Assembly: GCF_009914755.1 (NCBI RefSeq)
Contig: NC_060930.1
Strand: one strand, 5' to 3'
Length of the DNA: 64,000 nt
From: the human T2T-CHM13v2.0 reference genome, Homo sapiens
Both the position numbers and the translations under genes were made by a program. Positions within the stretch are counted from its first letter, which is position 1. The number at the start of each line of letters is the position of its first letter. Shown piece after piece: positions 15,801 through 28,763 of this stretch. A model generated the notes under the pieces. The model did no database searches, had not been told where the DNA came from, and saw only the letters and a list, made by a program, of their open reading frames with translations.

Positions 15801-16105
15801 AACCAAATCCCAAATTAGTAGAATAAATAATAAAAATCAGAGCAGAAATAAATGAAGTTGAAATGGAATAGAAAAAATTATTAAACAAAAAGTTATTTTA
15901 TTCAAAAAGTTAAACAAAATTGACAAAACTTTAGCCAGACTAAGAAAAAAAGAAAATGTACATAAAATCAGAAATGAAAAAGGAGACATTACAACTGATA
16001 CAGCAGAAATTTGAAGGACTATTAGTGGCTACTATGGGCAACTATATGTCAATAAATTGGAAAACCCAGAAGAAATGAACAAATTCCTAGACACATATGA
16101 CCTAT

Positions 16106-17094
16106 TAAAGCAGGGTGTTTCCCTGACCTCTTCAGGGAAAGCACAACAGGCCTGACTCATTTACTGAGCCTGTCCCTCTCAACTCCTTGCAGGAGGGAGC
16201 GCGTGAGTAAATGAGGCGGGAACTGGAGTGCAGGAGTGCTGAAATCAGCTGGCATCTTTGGCGCCGGGGCCAGGGGGTGGAGGGGGGAATCAAACTCCAC
16301 TCACTCGGACTGACTGTGTCCCACACTTATGGAAGAGAGTTGTGCAGGTAAGCAGGTGCAGGAGCCTGAATGAACCCTTTTGGGGGCCAGCAGGGGTGAA
16401 CTCTGTGCAGGCACTGTGGCAGTTTCCAGGCAGGGTACCTGAGACTCCCGAAGCCCCAGAGGGTGTGTTACAGTGTTCTTTCAGCTCTGCCATCCTCAGA
16501 TGGCTTAAGTATTAACAGCTCAGTGGATGCTTTGCCTTTTCCCATGTGGCAGCTGCTCTCCACTAGTGAGTGCGAAAGGCCAATGTGACAGCCTTTTGTA
16601 GCCACAATCGTGGCTCCCAAGCTCTTGTCTAGCATCCAGGAAAAATGAGGACACATGAATAATTGAATGATGGTAAATGCAGGGAATTTTATTGCCAGTG
16701 AATGTGGCTCTCAGTGGGAAGGGGAGCTGAAAAGGGGAGGGGGTAGTAGGTAATCTTCCCCCGAAGTCCTGCCGTCTCCAGCCAGATTCTCCTCCAAAGT
16801 TTCACTGTCATCCTGTCCCTCTGAAGTTAAGCTGCTTCTCTCCAATGTCCAGCTGTAGTTCCAATGTTCAGCTGCTTCTCTCTTCTCTGCCAGCTGCGTC
16901 TGGAATGTTTATAGGTACAGTAAGAGGTGGGGCAGGCCATGGGTAGTTTGGGAAAAGGCAATATTCCAGTAGGGAAACAGAGATAGATGTTCTGACTTTG
17001 GGCTGTAGGTTTCAGGATTTTCAGCTTGAGGGTTGGGTTTTGTCAGGGACCCACCTTTTTCTGCCTAGAATTTCACTGCTTCCTGTCTCTTTCA
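16106..17094 (-). mobile_element. ERV1 solo LTR, LTR28-like (LTR1/LTR28/MER52 group), nested in L1 ORF2
   Basis: GC-richer ~990 bp block interrupting L1 ...gacacatatgac|ctaccaagattgaacc; minus strand begins tgaaagagacaggaagcagtgaaattctaggcagaaaa; 4-bp TSD ctat/ctac; minus-strand AATAAA ~16688. Confidence 0.8.
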
Positions 17095-17918
17095 CTACCA
17101 AGATTGAACCAGAAAGAAATCCAATACCTGAACAGACCTATAATAAGTAACAAGATCAAAGCCATAATAAAAATTTTTCCCAATAAAGAAAAGCCCATGA
17201 CCCAATGGCTTCACTGCTGACTTCTACCAAGCATTTAAAGAATAACTAATATCAACCCTACTCAAACTATCCTGAAAAATCCAGGAGAAGGGAATACTTC
17301 CAAACCCATTCTGCAAGGTCATTATTACCCTTATACCAAAACCATGGTATACCAAAGTTACCAAGACAAGATATTTCCTTGCAGTTGTCTGCAAGTTGTC
17401 TTGTATATATTGTCTTGTAGATATGATATTGTTGTTTTATGTGTCTCTGTCTATACCAGATGTCTCAGAATAAACAAAGACACATGATAAAAAGAAAACT
17501 ACAGGCCAATATCTCTGATAAGTATTGATGCAAACAGTCTCAACAAAACATTAGCAAACAAAATTCAACAAAACATTAGAAAGATCTTCATTATAACCAA
17601 GCAGGATTTATCCCTGGGATGCAAGGAAGATTCAACATGTGCAAATCAATGTGATACATCATATCAACAGAACGATGAATAAAAAGCATATGATTATTTC
17701 AATTGATGCTGAAAAAATCAACAAATAACATTCAGCATCCCTTCATGACAAAAACACTCAAAATACTGGGTATAAAAGGAACATATCTGAACATAATGAA
17801 AGCAGTATACAACAGACTCACAGCTATTGTCATATTGAATGGGGAAAAATGGAAACCCTTTTCTCTAATATCTGGAACATGACAAGGATGCCCACTGTCA
17901 CAACTGTTATTCAACATA

Positions 17919-18245
17919 GTGCTGGAAGTCCTAGCTAGAGCAATCAGAGAAGAGAAAGAAATGAAGGGCATCCAAATTGGAATGGAAGATATCAGGTTGT
18001 CCTTGTTTGCAGATGACATGATCTTATACTGGGAAAGACCTGAAGACTTCACACACACACAAAAAAATCTATTAGAACTGATAAACAAATTCAGTAAAGT
18101 TGCAGGATACAAAATTAACTTACAAAAATCAGTAGCATTTCTATATGCCAAAGGCAAACAATCTGAAAAAGAAACCAAAAAAGTAATTTCATTTACAACA
18201 GACACACATAAAATTGAATACCTAGCAATTAACTTAACCAAATAA
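17919..18245 (+). pseudogene. L1 ORF2 reverse transcriptase remnant (non-functional)
   Basis: Translation LEVLARAIR...[11 protein letters not shown]...[10 protein letters not shown] matches the L1 RT core with FADD catalytic motif; surrounded by stops. Confidence 0.92.
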
Positions 18246-20139
18246 ATGAAAGATCTCTATAATGACAGCTATAAAACACTGATGAAGGAAATTAAAGAGG
18301 ACACTAAAATATGAAAAAAAATTCCATGTTCGTGGATTAGAAGAAACAATATTGTTAAAATACCCATACTATCCAAAGCAATCTATGGATTCAAAGCAAT
18401 CCCTACCAAAATGCCAATGACAAACTTCATAGAAATAGAAAAAAAAATCCTAAAATATTTATAGAACAAAAAAGACCCAGAATATCCAAAGCTATCCTAA
18501 GTAAAAAGAACAAAACTGGAGGAGTTACATTACCTGATTTCAAATTATACTAAAGAACTACAGTAACCAAAACAGCATGGTACTGGCATAAAAACAGATA
18601 CATAGACCAATGGAACAGAATAGAGAACCCAGAAACAAACCTACACACCTACACTGAACTCATTTTTGACAAAGGTGCTAAGAACATGCACTGGGAAAAA
18701 AGTCTATTCAATAAATGGTGCTGAGTAAACTAAATATCCATATGCAGAAGAATGAAATTAGACTAATATGTCTTGCCACATACAAAAATCAAATCAAATG
18801 AATTAAAGACTTAAATCTAAGATCTCTCACTATGAAACTACTATAAGAAAACATTGGAGAAAATCTCCAGTACATTGGTCTGGACAAAAATTTCCTGAGC
18901 AATACCCCACAAACACACGCAAACAAATAAAAACATGGACAAATGAGATCACATCAAGTTAAAAAGCTCCTGCATAGAAAAGGATACAATCAACAAAATG
19001 AAGAGACAACCCACAGAATGGAAGAAAATATTTGCAAACTACCCCTCTGACAAAGGATTAATTTCTGGAATATATAAAGATCTCAAACAACTCTATAGGA
19101 AAAAATTTAATAATCCAGTCAAAAGTTGGGCAAAAAATTTGAATAGACATTTCTCCAAAGGATTCATATGAATGGCAAACAAGCATATGAAAATATCCTC
19201 AACATCATTGATCATCAGAGCAATATAAATCAAAAGTAAGATGAGATATCATCTCATCCTACTTAAAATGGCTTATATCCAAAAGACAAGCAATAATAAA
19301 TACTGGCAAGAATGTGAAGAAAAAGGGATGTGAGAATGTAAATTAGTACAACCACCATAGAGAGTAATGTGCATGTTCCTCAAAAACTAAAAATTGAGCT
19401 CACATATGATCCAGCAATTCCACTGCTGGGTATGTATGCCAAAGATAGGAAATCAGTATATTGAAGTGCAGTATATTTGCACTCCCATGTTTGTTGCAGC
19501 ACTGTTCACAATAGCTAAGATTTGGGAGCAACCTCAGTGTCCATAAACAAATGAATGTATAAAGAAACTGTGGCACATATACACAATGGAGTATTATTCT
19601 GCCATAAAACAGAATGGGACCCTGTCATTTCTAACAGCATGGATGAAACTTGAGATTTTCATGTTAAGTGAAATAAGCCAGGTACAGTAATACAAATATC
19701 ACTGTTGTCACTTTTTTTGTGGGGTCTGAAAATCAAAACAATCGAACTCATGGAGATAGTAGAAGGATGGTTATGAGAGGCTTGGGAATGGTAGTCGAGG
19801 ATGAGGGAGGTTGTGTAAGGGAGAGGTAGGAATGGTTAATGGATGCAAAAAATAGAAAGAATGAATAAGACCTACTATTTGATAACACAACAGGATACTA
19901 TAGTCAATAATACCTTAAATGAACATTTAAAAATAACTAAAAGAGTATAATTGTATTGTTTGTAACACAAAGGATAAATGCTTGAGGGTATGGATTTCCC
20001 ATTCTTTATGTTGTGATTCTTTCACATTGCATGCCTGTATCTAAACATCTTATATACCCCATAAATATGTACCTCATAAATATATACACCTACTATGTAC
20101 CCACAAAAATTAAAAATTAAAAAAATTATAAAAGAACAA

Positions 20140-20283
20140 AAACTTAAAAACCTAATGATACTAATTATTGCTGACACTATGGGGCAAGTGAAATCCAATA
20201 TACTAGTTTGGAAAATATAAAGTGATACAACCACTTTTGAAATAGTTTGGCCATTTCTTAAGAAATTAGACAGACTTCTCATT
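20140..20283 (+). mobile_element. L1ME-like ORF2 3' fragment (host of the L1MA insertion)
   Basis: gatacaaccacttttgaaatagtttggccatttctta; continues the L1ME-like stretch at ~10960-11020. Confidence 0.65.
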
Positions 20284-21280
20284 TGAGCTTTGACATGTAA
20301 AGGGCTTGTTAGTTGTCAGCCCTACACTTACAAGAAGAAAAGAGCTGAAGAAACTCAAATTAACAACATCTTGTTGGAACCATCAGGGAACTGATATCAC
20401 AGGGCACTGTCACCCCCAAACCTGGAGAAACAGATGAATACAGAGAATCACAGCTGAGCTCAGCCTACGTGGAACACAGCCACTGGAGTGCCAAACTAGA
20501 AAAGACACTTAAATGAAAATTTTGAAAAATTTCTGGAGGCTGAATGTGGACTAGCATGAGAATTAGAAACTCCTGGGCACAGTCTTGGGGGAAGCAAACA
20601 TTCATGGGTTTTAGCTGCAAGAAACCCAAAGGTTCTCATCATGGAGAGCCAAGAAAATTGCCTTTAAGTATTTGTTGTTGTTGTTGTTGTTTGTTTGCTT
20701 ATTTTTGTAGTAGGTTGGGAGGAGGAAATAATTACCATTTTGAAACACAACCAAAGCATTCTTCATAACAAAGGCATGTTTTCAGAGGCTAAGCTTTGCC
20801 AGAGCCTTATCAGACCTGTGGTCAGAACAATTATCCAGTTCCTTATTAGACCTGTGGGAAGAGCAATTATCCAGCTCCTCTAGCTTTCCTATCTCCCCTA
20901 ATGATGCTAGAAAATACCTAGAAGGTCCCTCTCTAGGGCACAGGCCCATGAAAAGATTGAAATTTTAATTGTAAACTCATATAAAGGCTCCCCTTCTGCC
21001 ATACTTTACTACTACAGCAATAGGACTCTAGGATAAAAACACTAAAATATAATATAAAGAGCTGCATACTGTGCAATCTATTTATGAAGGAGTTCTTAAG
21101 GAAAACAAAAATAAAAAGACAGAGAGAGAGGGAGAATGGTAAATGACAGTAGTGGAGTTTGAATCCTCTGGCAACTGCAGCTACAGCAAATATCAAACAT
21201 AGCCAAACGCCTAGCTAAATTATCATAAAACCTCACACTAAAGGCCTATTTACCTCAGTTTCTATTATCTAATACATTTC
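20284..21280 (+). mobile_element. L1MC-type 5' end fragment
   Basis: ttgacatgtaaagggcttg...catcagggaactgatatcacagggc and cctcacactaaaggcctatttacctcagttt resemble L1MC 5' consensus. Confidence 0.65.
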
Positions 21281-21717
21281 TTTGCCAAAAACTTGAAACA
21301 TCCAAATATCTATTAACAGGTGAGTGGTTAAAAAATTATGACCATGCAACAATAACAGTCATCAATTAAAAAGAATGAGCAATAGGGATGATTCTAAAAA
21401 ATTATATGCTGATTGGAAGACATCAGTTAGAAAGAATATATACTCAACGTTTCCATTTATGTAAAACTCTAGAAAAATATGAACTGATCAACAGTCACAG
21501 AAAGTACATCAGTGCATATCTGGAGACAAGATGGTGGGAGTGGGAACAAGGCTTAAAGATTATAAGAGGTATAAGAAAAATTTGGGGGTGATTAATTATA
21601 CTATTTTAATTATGATGATAATTTTATGGTTACACCTATGTCAAAACTTAAATAACATTTTACTCTTCAACTTTGGGCAGTTTATCTTGTCAATTATACC
21701 ACAATAAAGCTTAAAAA
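21281..21717 (+). mobile_element. L1ME-type 3' end
   Basis: gccaaaaacttgaaacatccaaat...ttccatttatgtaaaactctagaaaa...tcaattataccacaataaagc. Confidence 0.75.
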
Positions 21718-23069
21718 TGGTTTACATGACTGGTGTAGAGTAGTCTGAAGATGAGTAACATAAAATTATTCCTATTACAATTTCAATTTAATGGATGTAA
21801 GCATGTTTTAAATATCTAAAGTTAGTTGATTTTCAATATGTGCTGTCATCTCTGTATAGATTGTAGAGGAGCAAATACATCCTGATAAAATAGTGCTGGC
21901 CCTCACAGTGCTATATTCTAAATGTGGGTGACACCATCAAAAGTGGCCAGATATACTTCTAGTTTTATTACTTTATTTCTTCAACAAATATTTTTGAACT
22001 GGTCTATTTGCCAGAAAAGGTGCATTCCACCACATGTGAAAGGCAATAATCTCCAGCTAATTATCTTCTTTCATCTTCCTCCCTTGATTGTTCTACCCTG
22101 ATGCCAACAGATCTTCCTTGGATAATTTCTCTTCAAGTGACTCAAGAAACTCATGCATGTTGGTAATCTTTTTTCTAATCTGTCAAAGCTGACTGGTCTC
22201 CAGAGCTCCGTTTTGTTTTTGCTTAAAATATAACACCTTCCCTATGTAGATACTAAGCATGTCTTCAAGAAAAGAATGCTAATAATTTTTCATAGTCCAC
22301 TGCCAAAACTACTTTATTATCCCGGATACATAATGTGTAATTCATTGGGCAGATATAATAAGGTCCTAGACCAATTTGACATCTGCCTTCTTACCTTTTC
22401 ACTGATATTTCTGGATATCAATCCAACCAACACTGAAAGATAAGCCTTTTAGTTATTTCTTGATACATTATATTATTAAGTGGAAGAATGTCACTTTCCA
22501 TGATGCAAAGGCAAACATAATTTGTTTTAATTCACAAATTATAGGTTTGTAATACCTGGATAAATAAAGCAATAAGAATGATGGGCACATTTAGAAAATT
22601 TAGAGGCATCCATAGTTGAATAAATATATAGCTGGTTTACTAAACTTCTGTGGTACATGCTGAAATGCTTTGCCTAAGTGTTAGTAAACTTAGCGTGTTA
22701 GTTATTCAAAAAGAGGAGCTTATGTGAATAAAACTATGGCCTAAAAGCTGAATGAATGAGGACATGTAAAGCAAGAGGTGTCAAAATGAAACTGGAGTTT
22801 TGGGGAAGATCAGTAACCAACAGAGACAAATAAAACAGTAGTAATAAGTGGTAAATAAGGAGATATGGAATTATTCTATTGAATTTCATTAGAGAGTGAC
22901 TTACTAGTGAGTATACTTTTAAAAACCACATAGCTTCATCATACATTATCTACTTTATAGACACCCTCCAATGTGTCATACGTGTCATATGACAATTTGA
23001 AAAAAGAATCCAATAACATTGACTTATAAATAGAATTGCACTTGACTCAGTAATTCTAGGAACTAATTA

Positions 23070-23355
23070 CAGTTGTCTCTCAGTACCTACAGGGGATTGG
23101 CTCCAGGACACCCCCAAACCCAAGAGGATACCAAAATCTGCACATATTCAAATCCCTCAGTTGGCCTTCCAGAGCCTAAGGATGTAAAAAACTTGCCCCT
23201 ATATGTGCAGATTTCACATCCTTTTCATACTGTATTTCCAACCTGCGTTTGGTTGCAATATACGGGGATGCAGCGGGACAACTGTTCTTCCTGAAAAAAA
23301 CCCACTTGTATGTGGACCTGGGCAGTTCAAACCCATGTTGTTCAAGGGTCATTTG
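23070..23355 (+). mobile_element. MER8 / Tigger2-derived MITE (TcMar DNA transposon)
   Basis: Starts cagttgtctctcagtacc...ggggattggctccaggac, ends cagttcaaacccatgttgttcaagggtcatttg; TA on both sides. Confidence 0.85.
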
Positions 23356-23739
23356 TAACTTACAAGATCTATTTTTAATAATAGAAAACCATTTACATTG
23401 ATATATAAATGTTTTCATAGGCTAATATTTGAGTATGATTGCAGAGAAAACTTTTGACTTTGGAATCACTTGGAAGTATCAATCAAATTATGAATAAAAA
23501 GAACATAAAATTAATATTTATTACATTTTGAAAAATGGAAAGGTTAAAAATGTTCAATGTAATCATAAATGAAATGCTAGAAAGGACTGATGGTATGGAA
23601 ATTTAAAACTTCTTACTCTACAAATTTACTGAGGAACATTCTTATTTATAATTGTTACTCAAAGGAATGAGTAATGCTTACAGTTACACTTGTCTTGGGA
23701 ACATCATTTGGAAAAAGATGATGAGGATGATATAGTTGG

Positions 23740-23990
23740 TTAATTTTTATTGAGTCTCACTGCATGTCAGACACTTTTCTACATGGTTTATCCTACTTAA
23801 TCCTCACATGCCAACAGAACAACAAATTTTATGAGGAAAATTCTATGAATTTTTGCATTAAATAAATAAAGATATTAAAGATTCTAGATTTAAAAAAGTT
23901 ATTTGTGAGTATATCAATGGTATGAATTAAAGCCAGTATTTTAAACCTAGCACTTTAATTTTACAACCCACATTTTTAGCCAACATTCTA
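23740..23990 (-). mobile_element. MIR relic
   Basis: tttattgagtctcactgcatgtcagacact...cttaatcctcaca. Confidence 0.55.
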
Positions 23991-25194
23991 TGTTATCTAA
24001 TTAATTTTCACATTACCTCCAAAACCCATTCAATATTATTTAAAAATATCCGAACAATAAGTAAGAATAGAAATTGATGTCTGGTATACCTATGGGTAAT
24101 TACAAACAAATATCTGATTATCAATGCAAATTTTTGTATTACTGCATATACTATAGAGATAACATGACACTACTTATTAATTCTGTTACTTCATTCTTCC
24201 ACCTACAATTTATTTCCTTTTGTCAACCAGTTTAATATTTTCAATGCAGCAAAAAGACAAATTTTCAGGGCTTGTATCATAATGAAAATTAATATAATAC
24301 AACAATGAACTTGAACATAACACATCTTTTGTGAAAGTATTACATTTTTTTGTTATTATTACAGATGTTTTTACCATTAAAACCACAAAAGCAATAAATA
24401 AATAACTGATCTTAGAAACCAAATAAAATTATTACAGGTGAGGAATGCCATATGTGAACTTGAATTTTAACACCACAGGACACCATTTTAATTGCTTCTT
24501 TAATGTCGTTGGTTCAATCTATATTTTAGGGGACATATGGTACATTTTTCTGAGAGTGAGAACTTTTCTAGGTTTTTTACTATTTTACACTAGAATTCAG
24601 AATTTTAAATTAAGCCTTTCTTAATTTAATCCATTGTACAATTGACATCCTATTTTATTGTGACTTTTTAAACCAAAAGTATCATCATCTAAAATGTTGG
24701 CATTTAGAGTCATCAGAGATTAATGTCATTTTGCAATGTCATGGGGCAATTATTTTGTAAATTGCATCCTTCCAGAGATTTCTGATTAAATCTCAAGATG
24801 AAAATGGCTTCCTCAATGTTATCAACAGAGTAAATTGTCTTCCTGCCAATGTTTGTCATTCCAAATATTATTTCATCAACACTGAAAGTCAATTTTCCTA
24901 AGGCCCTTGGAGCAAGCAAAATTACCAAGTGCTTTCACTCTAATTCCATGAGGGAAATGAAGTAAATTCCAAGCAGTCATTTTGAGTGCTTTAATTTCAC
25001 GTTTTATTTTGGAATTTATGGATCACTTGGCAATCAATTCATAGGAAACAAAAATAGTTTTCTTTGAACATGCAAATTTCTGTATGCGGTAAGGTTGTAA
25101 GAGTTAGTCCTATTTAAAAATGCATAAAAAATTCCAGCATGTCATTATTACTTTTTGCAAGGCTTTCATGAAATTTAATGTAATTTTGCTAAAA

Positions 25195-25405
25195 CTGCAC
25201 AGAGAGGAATGATGATGGATTTAAAGTCAGGAGATATACTTTCAAATCACTGTTCATTGTAACCTAATTTCATTCTATTCAGCAAGATAATTAATCTACC
25301 TGAGTATCAAATCTGTTATAATAAAATGAGGATACGAATATAATCCTCATGTGACAGAATTAAAGTATAGATTAAATGTGATTGTATATATGAACATGCT
25401 CTTTG
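25195..25405 (+). mobile_element. MIR relic
   Basis: aagtcaggaga...ttcaaatc...gcaagataattaatctacctgagtatca...taaaatgaggata. Confidence 0.6.
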
Positions 25406-26573
25406 AACATGGAAACAAATCTGTAAAGATGTTAATCACAAATAAGCATTTCTTGTCCTTGATAGCATTTAATATCCTGTGGCCCATGTATCCTGAGGTA
25501 TCACCCCAAATGTTTAATAACAGAAATCAGGTTTTGTATGTCTTCTGTCTGATAAAAGTTTTTAATACTTTTTGAAGTTTCCATGATTTCTTCTCCAGGT
25601 TTTACGAATAAGAAAGTTGTCTTTAAACTCAGCTCAACTCCCCTGAAAGATAGAATGCCATGAAGTGAAAAAAAGTTTAAATGAATTTCTCAATTATCTA
25701 ACTTGCAAATTATCTTTGCATAATTATTAGAAAGGATATATCATAATTAGATATTATAGCAACTATATTAAGTATATGTGCCTCTCTTTCACTTCATATC
25801 CATGACCTTCACAATCAACTAGCCATTTTACCCACTTTAATTACATTCACACTTCATTATTTTTGCAATTCCCAGGAACTTTTAAATTATGACTAAATGT
25901 AGAAGCAAGGGATTTCAGCCAACAACAGGGATAAAGCAGACAATTTTTCCCCCAGAGTTTCCTCAGGACTTCGAACTTTAAACAAATTGCAGTTCTAATA
26001 TCAATGGTTACCTCCATTAATCACCATCTCCACATCCTTATCATTCCTACTCCAGGAGTATATAAGGCCTATAAGGTGAATAAATCCTACTCTCACTAGT
26101 GATATGCCTGGCATAATTCAATACCCACTTCTGCCCATATTTAAAGAAGCAGAGAGAATGATGTGGAACTGAGTCAAATGCAAGCATCTATTTGCAATGC
26201 CTCACTGAATGACTAGAAATATTATTTGGACCAATAAGCCAAGGCTAATATCTTAACACCTTTTAGAAAAGACCAGCAAAGTCATACTTAAAGGAGTATG
26301 GGTCCCTTAAAGAGCTATACAGATGTGGCTTGGGAGTAGTCAAGAGCAACATACCAAGGTGAAGCTGAAGAGAGAAAACAGAAGGCAGACATAGCTTGCT
26401 ACATGTATTCATCTCTGAAAAAGAGTCATTTGGTGGAGAAAAAATGAGCTGTAGTGTTGGAAGAGAAAGTCTTCATTCAGACAACACTGACAGACATCTA
26501 GGGCAGTGTGAGGGATGTGATGAGGGGAGGACATATTACATTAATTTTTCTTGGCTGCTACCTTTTGTTTTCT

Positions 26574-26876
26574 TTTTTCTTTTTCTTTTTCTTTTTCTTT
26601 TTATTTTTGAGGTGGAGTTTCGCTCTGTTGCCCAGACTGAATTGCAATGGTGCAATCTTGGCTCATTGCAACCTCTGCCTCCTGGGCTCTCAAGCGATTC
26701 TCCTGCCTCAGTCTCCTGATTAGCTGGGATTACAGGCAGGCACCACCGTGCCCAGCTAATTTTTGTATTTTTAGTAGAGACAGGGTTTCACCATGTTGCC
26801 CAAGCTGGTCTTGACCTCAGGTGATCCACCTGCCTCGGCCTCCCAAAGTGCTGGGATTACAGGCGTGAACCCGGCC
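26574..26876 (-). mobile_element. AluS (Sq/Sp-like)
   Basis: Reverse Alu with (TTTTTC)n tail; TSD gctacYttttgttttct at 26557-26573 and 26878-26894. Confidence 0.94.
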
Positions 26877-28189
26877 AGCTACTTTTTGTTTTCTAAGCAT
26901 CATTTTAGATCACTGCAGGGTAGTAATCTGTTTCTATTTCAGGTTCATCTATTTTGTTTCTGGAACCCACCTTAACAGATTGTATTGTACATCTGGTTAT
27001 GTTTCAGACCCCCTTTTTCTTTTGTTTCTCCTTTTTGTCAGGTGGTTTTGCATGTTTTCAGAGCTTGTGGTGGGAATATGTAATTACTTGATGGTGACAT
27101 AGATGCAATAATAACAAGAGGTGTGTCTCCGAATTCAGGCCCAAGATCAGTTTGTTGCTTCAACCATTGCGTGCCTTGAGGTGGTTCCATCATTCTAGGC
27201 ACATCAAGAATCTATAAGAAATAAAATCATGCTTCTGAAACACACGTATTAAAACAACTATCTTGAAAAAAGAATTTCTACTGGGGAGGTCACTGGGTCT
27301 GCGACTCTGTAAACAAAAATTTAATGCTAAGTAACACATACAATCACACTAAAAGAGGCTTCTCTAGTGAGGATAGCATTGCCAGAGCCAGTCAACATCT
27401 AAGACACTTAGGAAAGATGCCAGAAGCTACAATGTTGACAACCCTCAAAGTGCCCAAAATCTTTGCCACCAAATTTTCCAGAAGATAATGGATGTCACCC
27501 AACAATAATCATTTCTGAATTTAATTCTCATTGAGAATTTCATATTTGAAAACATAAGTAATATACCCACATCCTAGTTTCAAGAGACATATCCACTACA
27601 TGCCTTATCAACATGCTTATCACTTCTATCCATTGACACATCTGAGCCATCCTCATTGTAACAACACTTCTTCCAATTGAAGGTGTTTTGTAATCTCACA
27701 ATGATCAGCAGAGTTGCCTAGGTCAAGTGGCTCCTCCTGAGCTTAGCTCAAATGTATTTTGCCCACACCTTTCCCTCCACAGTGACCACTGTGATACAGG
27801 AAAATTAAATAAACTTCTTCTCATTAAAATTTTCAAAACTTTTCCTGTATACTTGTAAAACATCACTACACAACTTAACAATTAGGTTTCTTCAGTTTTT
27901 TATATTATAAAATTTATTACATCAACTCAATTGTTTGCTTGCAGGAGATCACCTCAATCCCAAATCTGAATCCATCTTATTCTATCCTAAACTTGAATAC
28001 AGTGTTACGTTAACTTCGCTATAATATACATGGCAAATAATTGTCCAGGTTAAACTTTTTTTTTTTTTGCCTTGATCAGAGATCATAATTATCTTCCTAA
28101 CATGGCTCAAAAACACATCTACACTTACACCAATCCTAATTCTCATCCTCACAATTAACAAAGAAATTTAATATATCTGTACATAATGA

Positions 28190-28479
<290 letters not shown>

Positions 28480-28763
28480 TAAGTATCTTTTTTCAAAGGT
28501 TAATATTTTTTTCTTTACAGGTCAAATATGCTTTATTTACTAAATAATTATTCGTTATTTATTACTTTCATGTCAATTTTAATTTTTCTGTTTTCTTTTT
28601 AAAGCACAGTTCCCTAACTAAATGACATAGTTTTTATTTTTTTTAAAGATATTTAGCATAGTGATGGATACTTTTTAGGTGCTTAACAAACACTAGGATC
28701 AAGTTTTTTACTGAAAACTTAATTACTCTTGATGTAGAAAATTATATTAATATTAAATTATAA

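Noticed and set aside
13732-18241. Minus-strand ORFs of 110 and 169 aa with hydrophobic composition
   Set aside because: Antisense reading of A-rich L1 ORF1/ORF2; a common artefact
17919-18245. Reverse transcriptase motif as a novel retro-system
   Set aside because: Ordinary decayed L1 ORF2 fragment with flanking stops and an LTR insertion upstream
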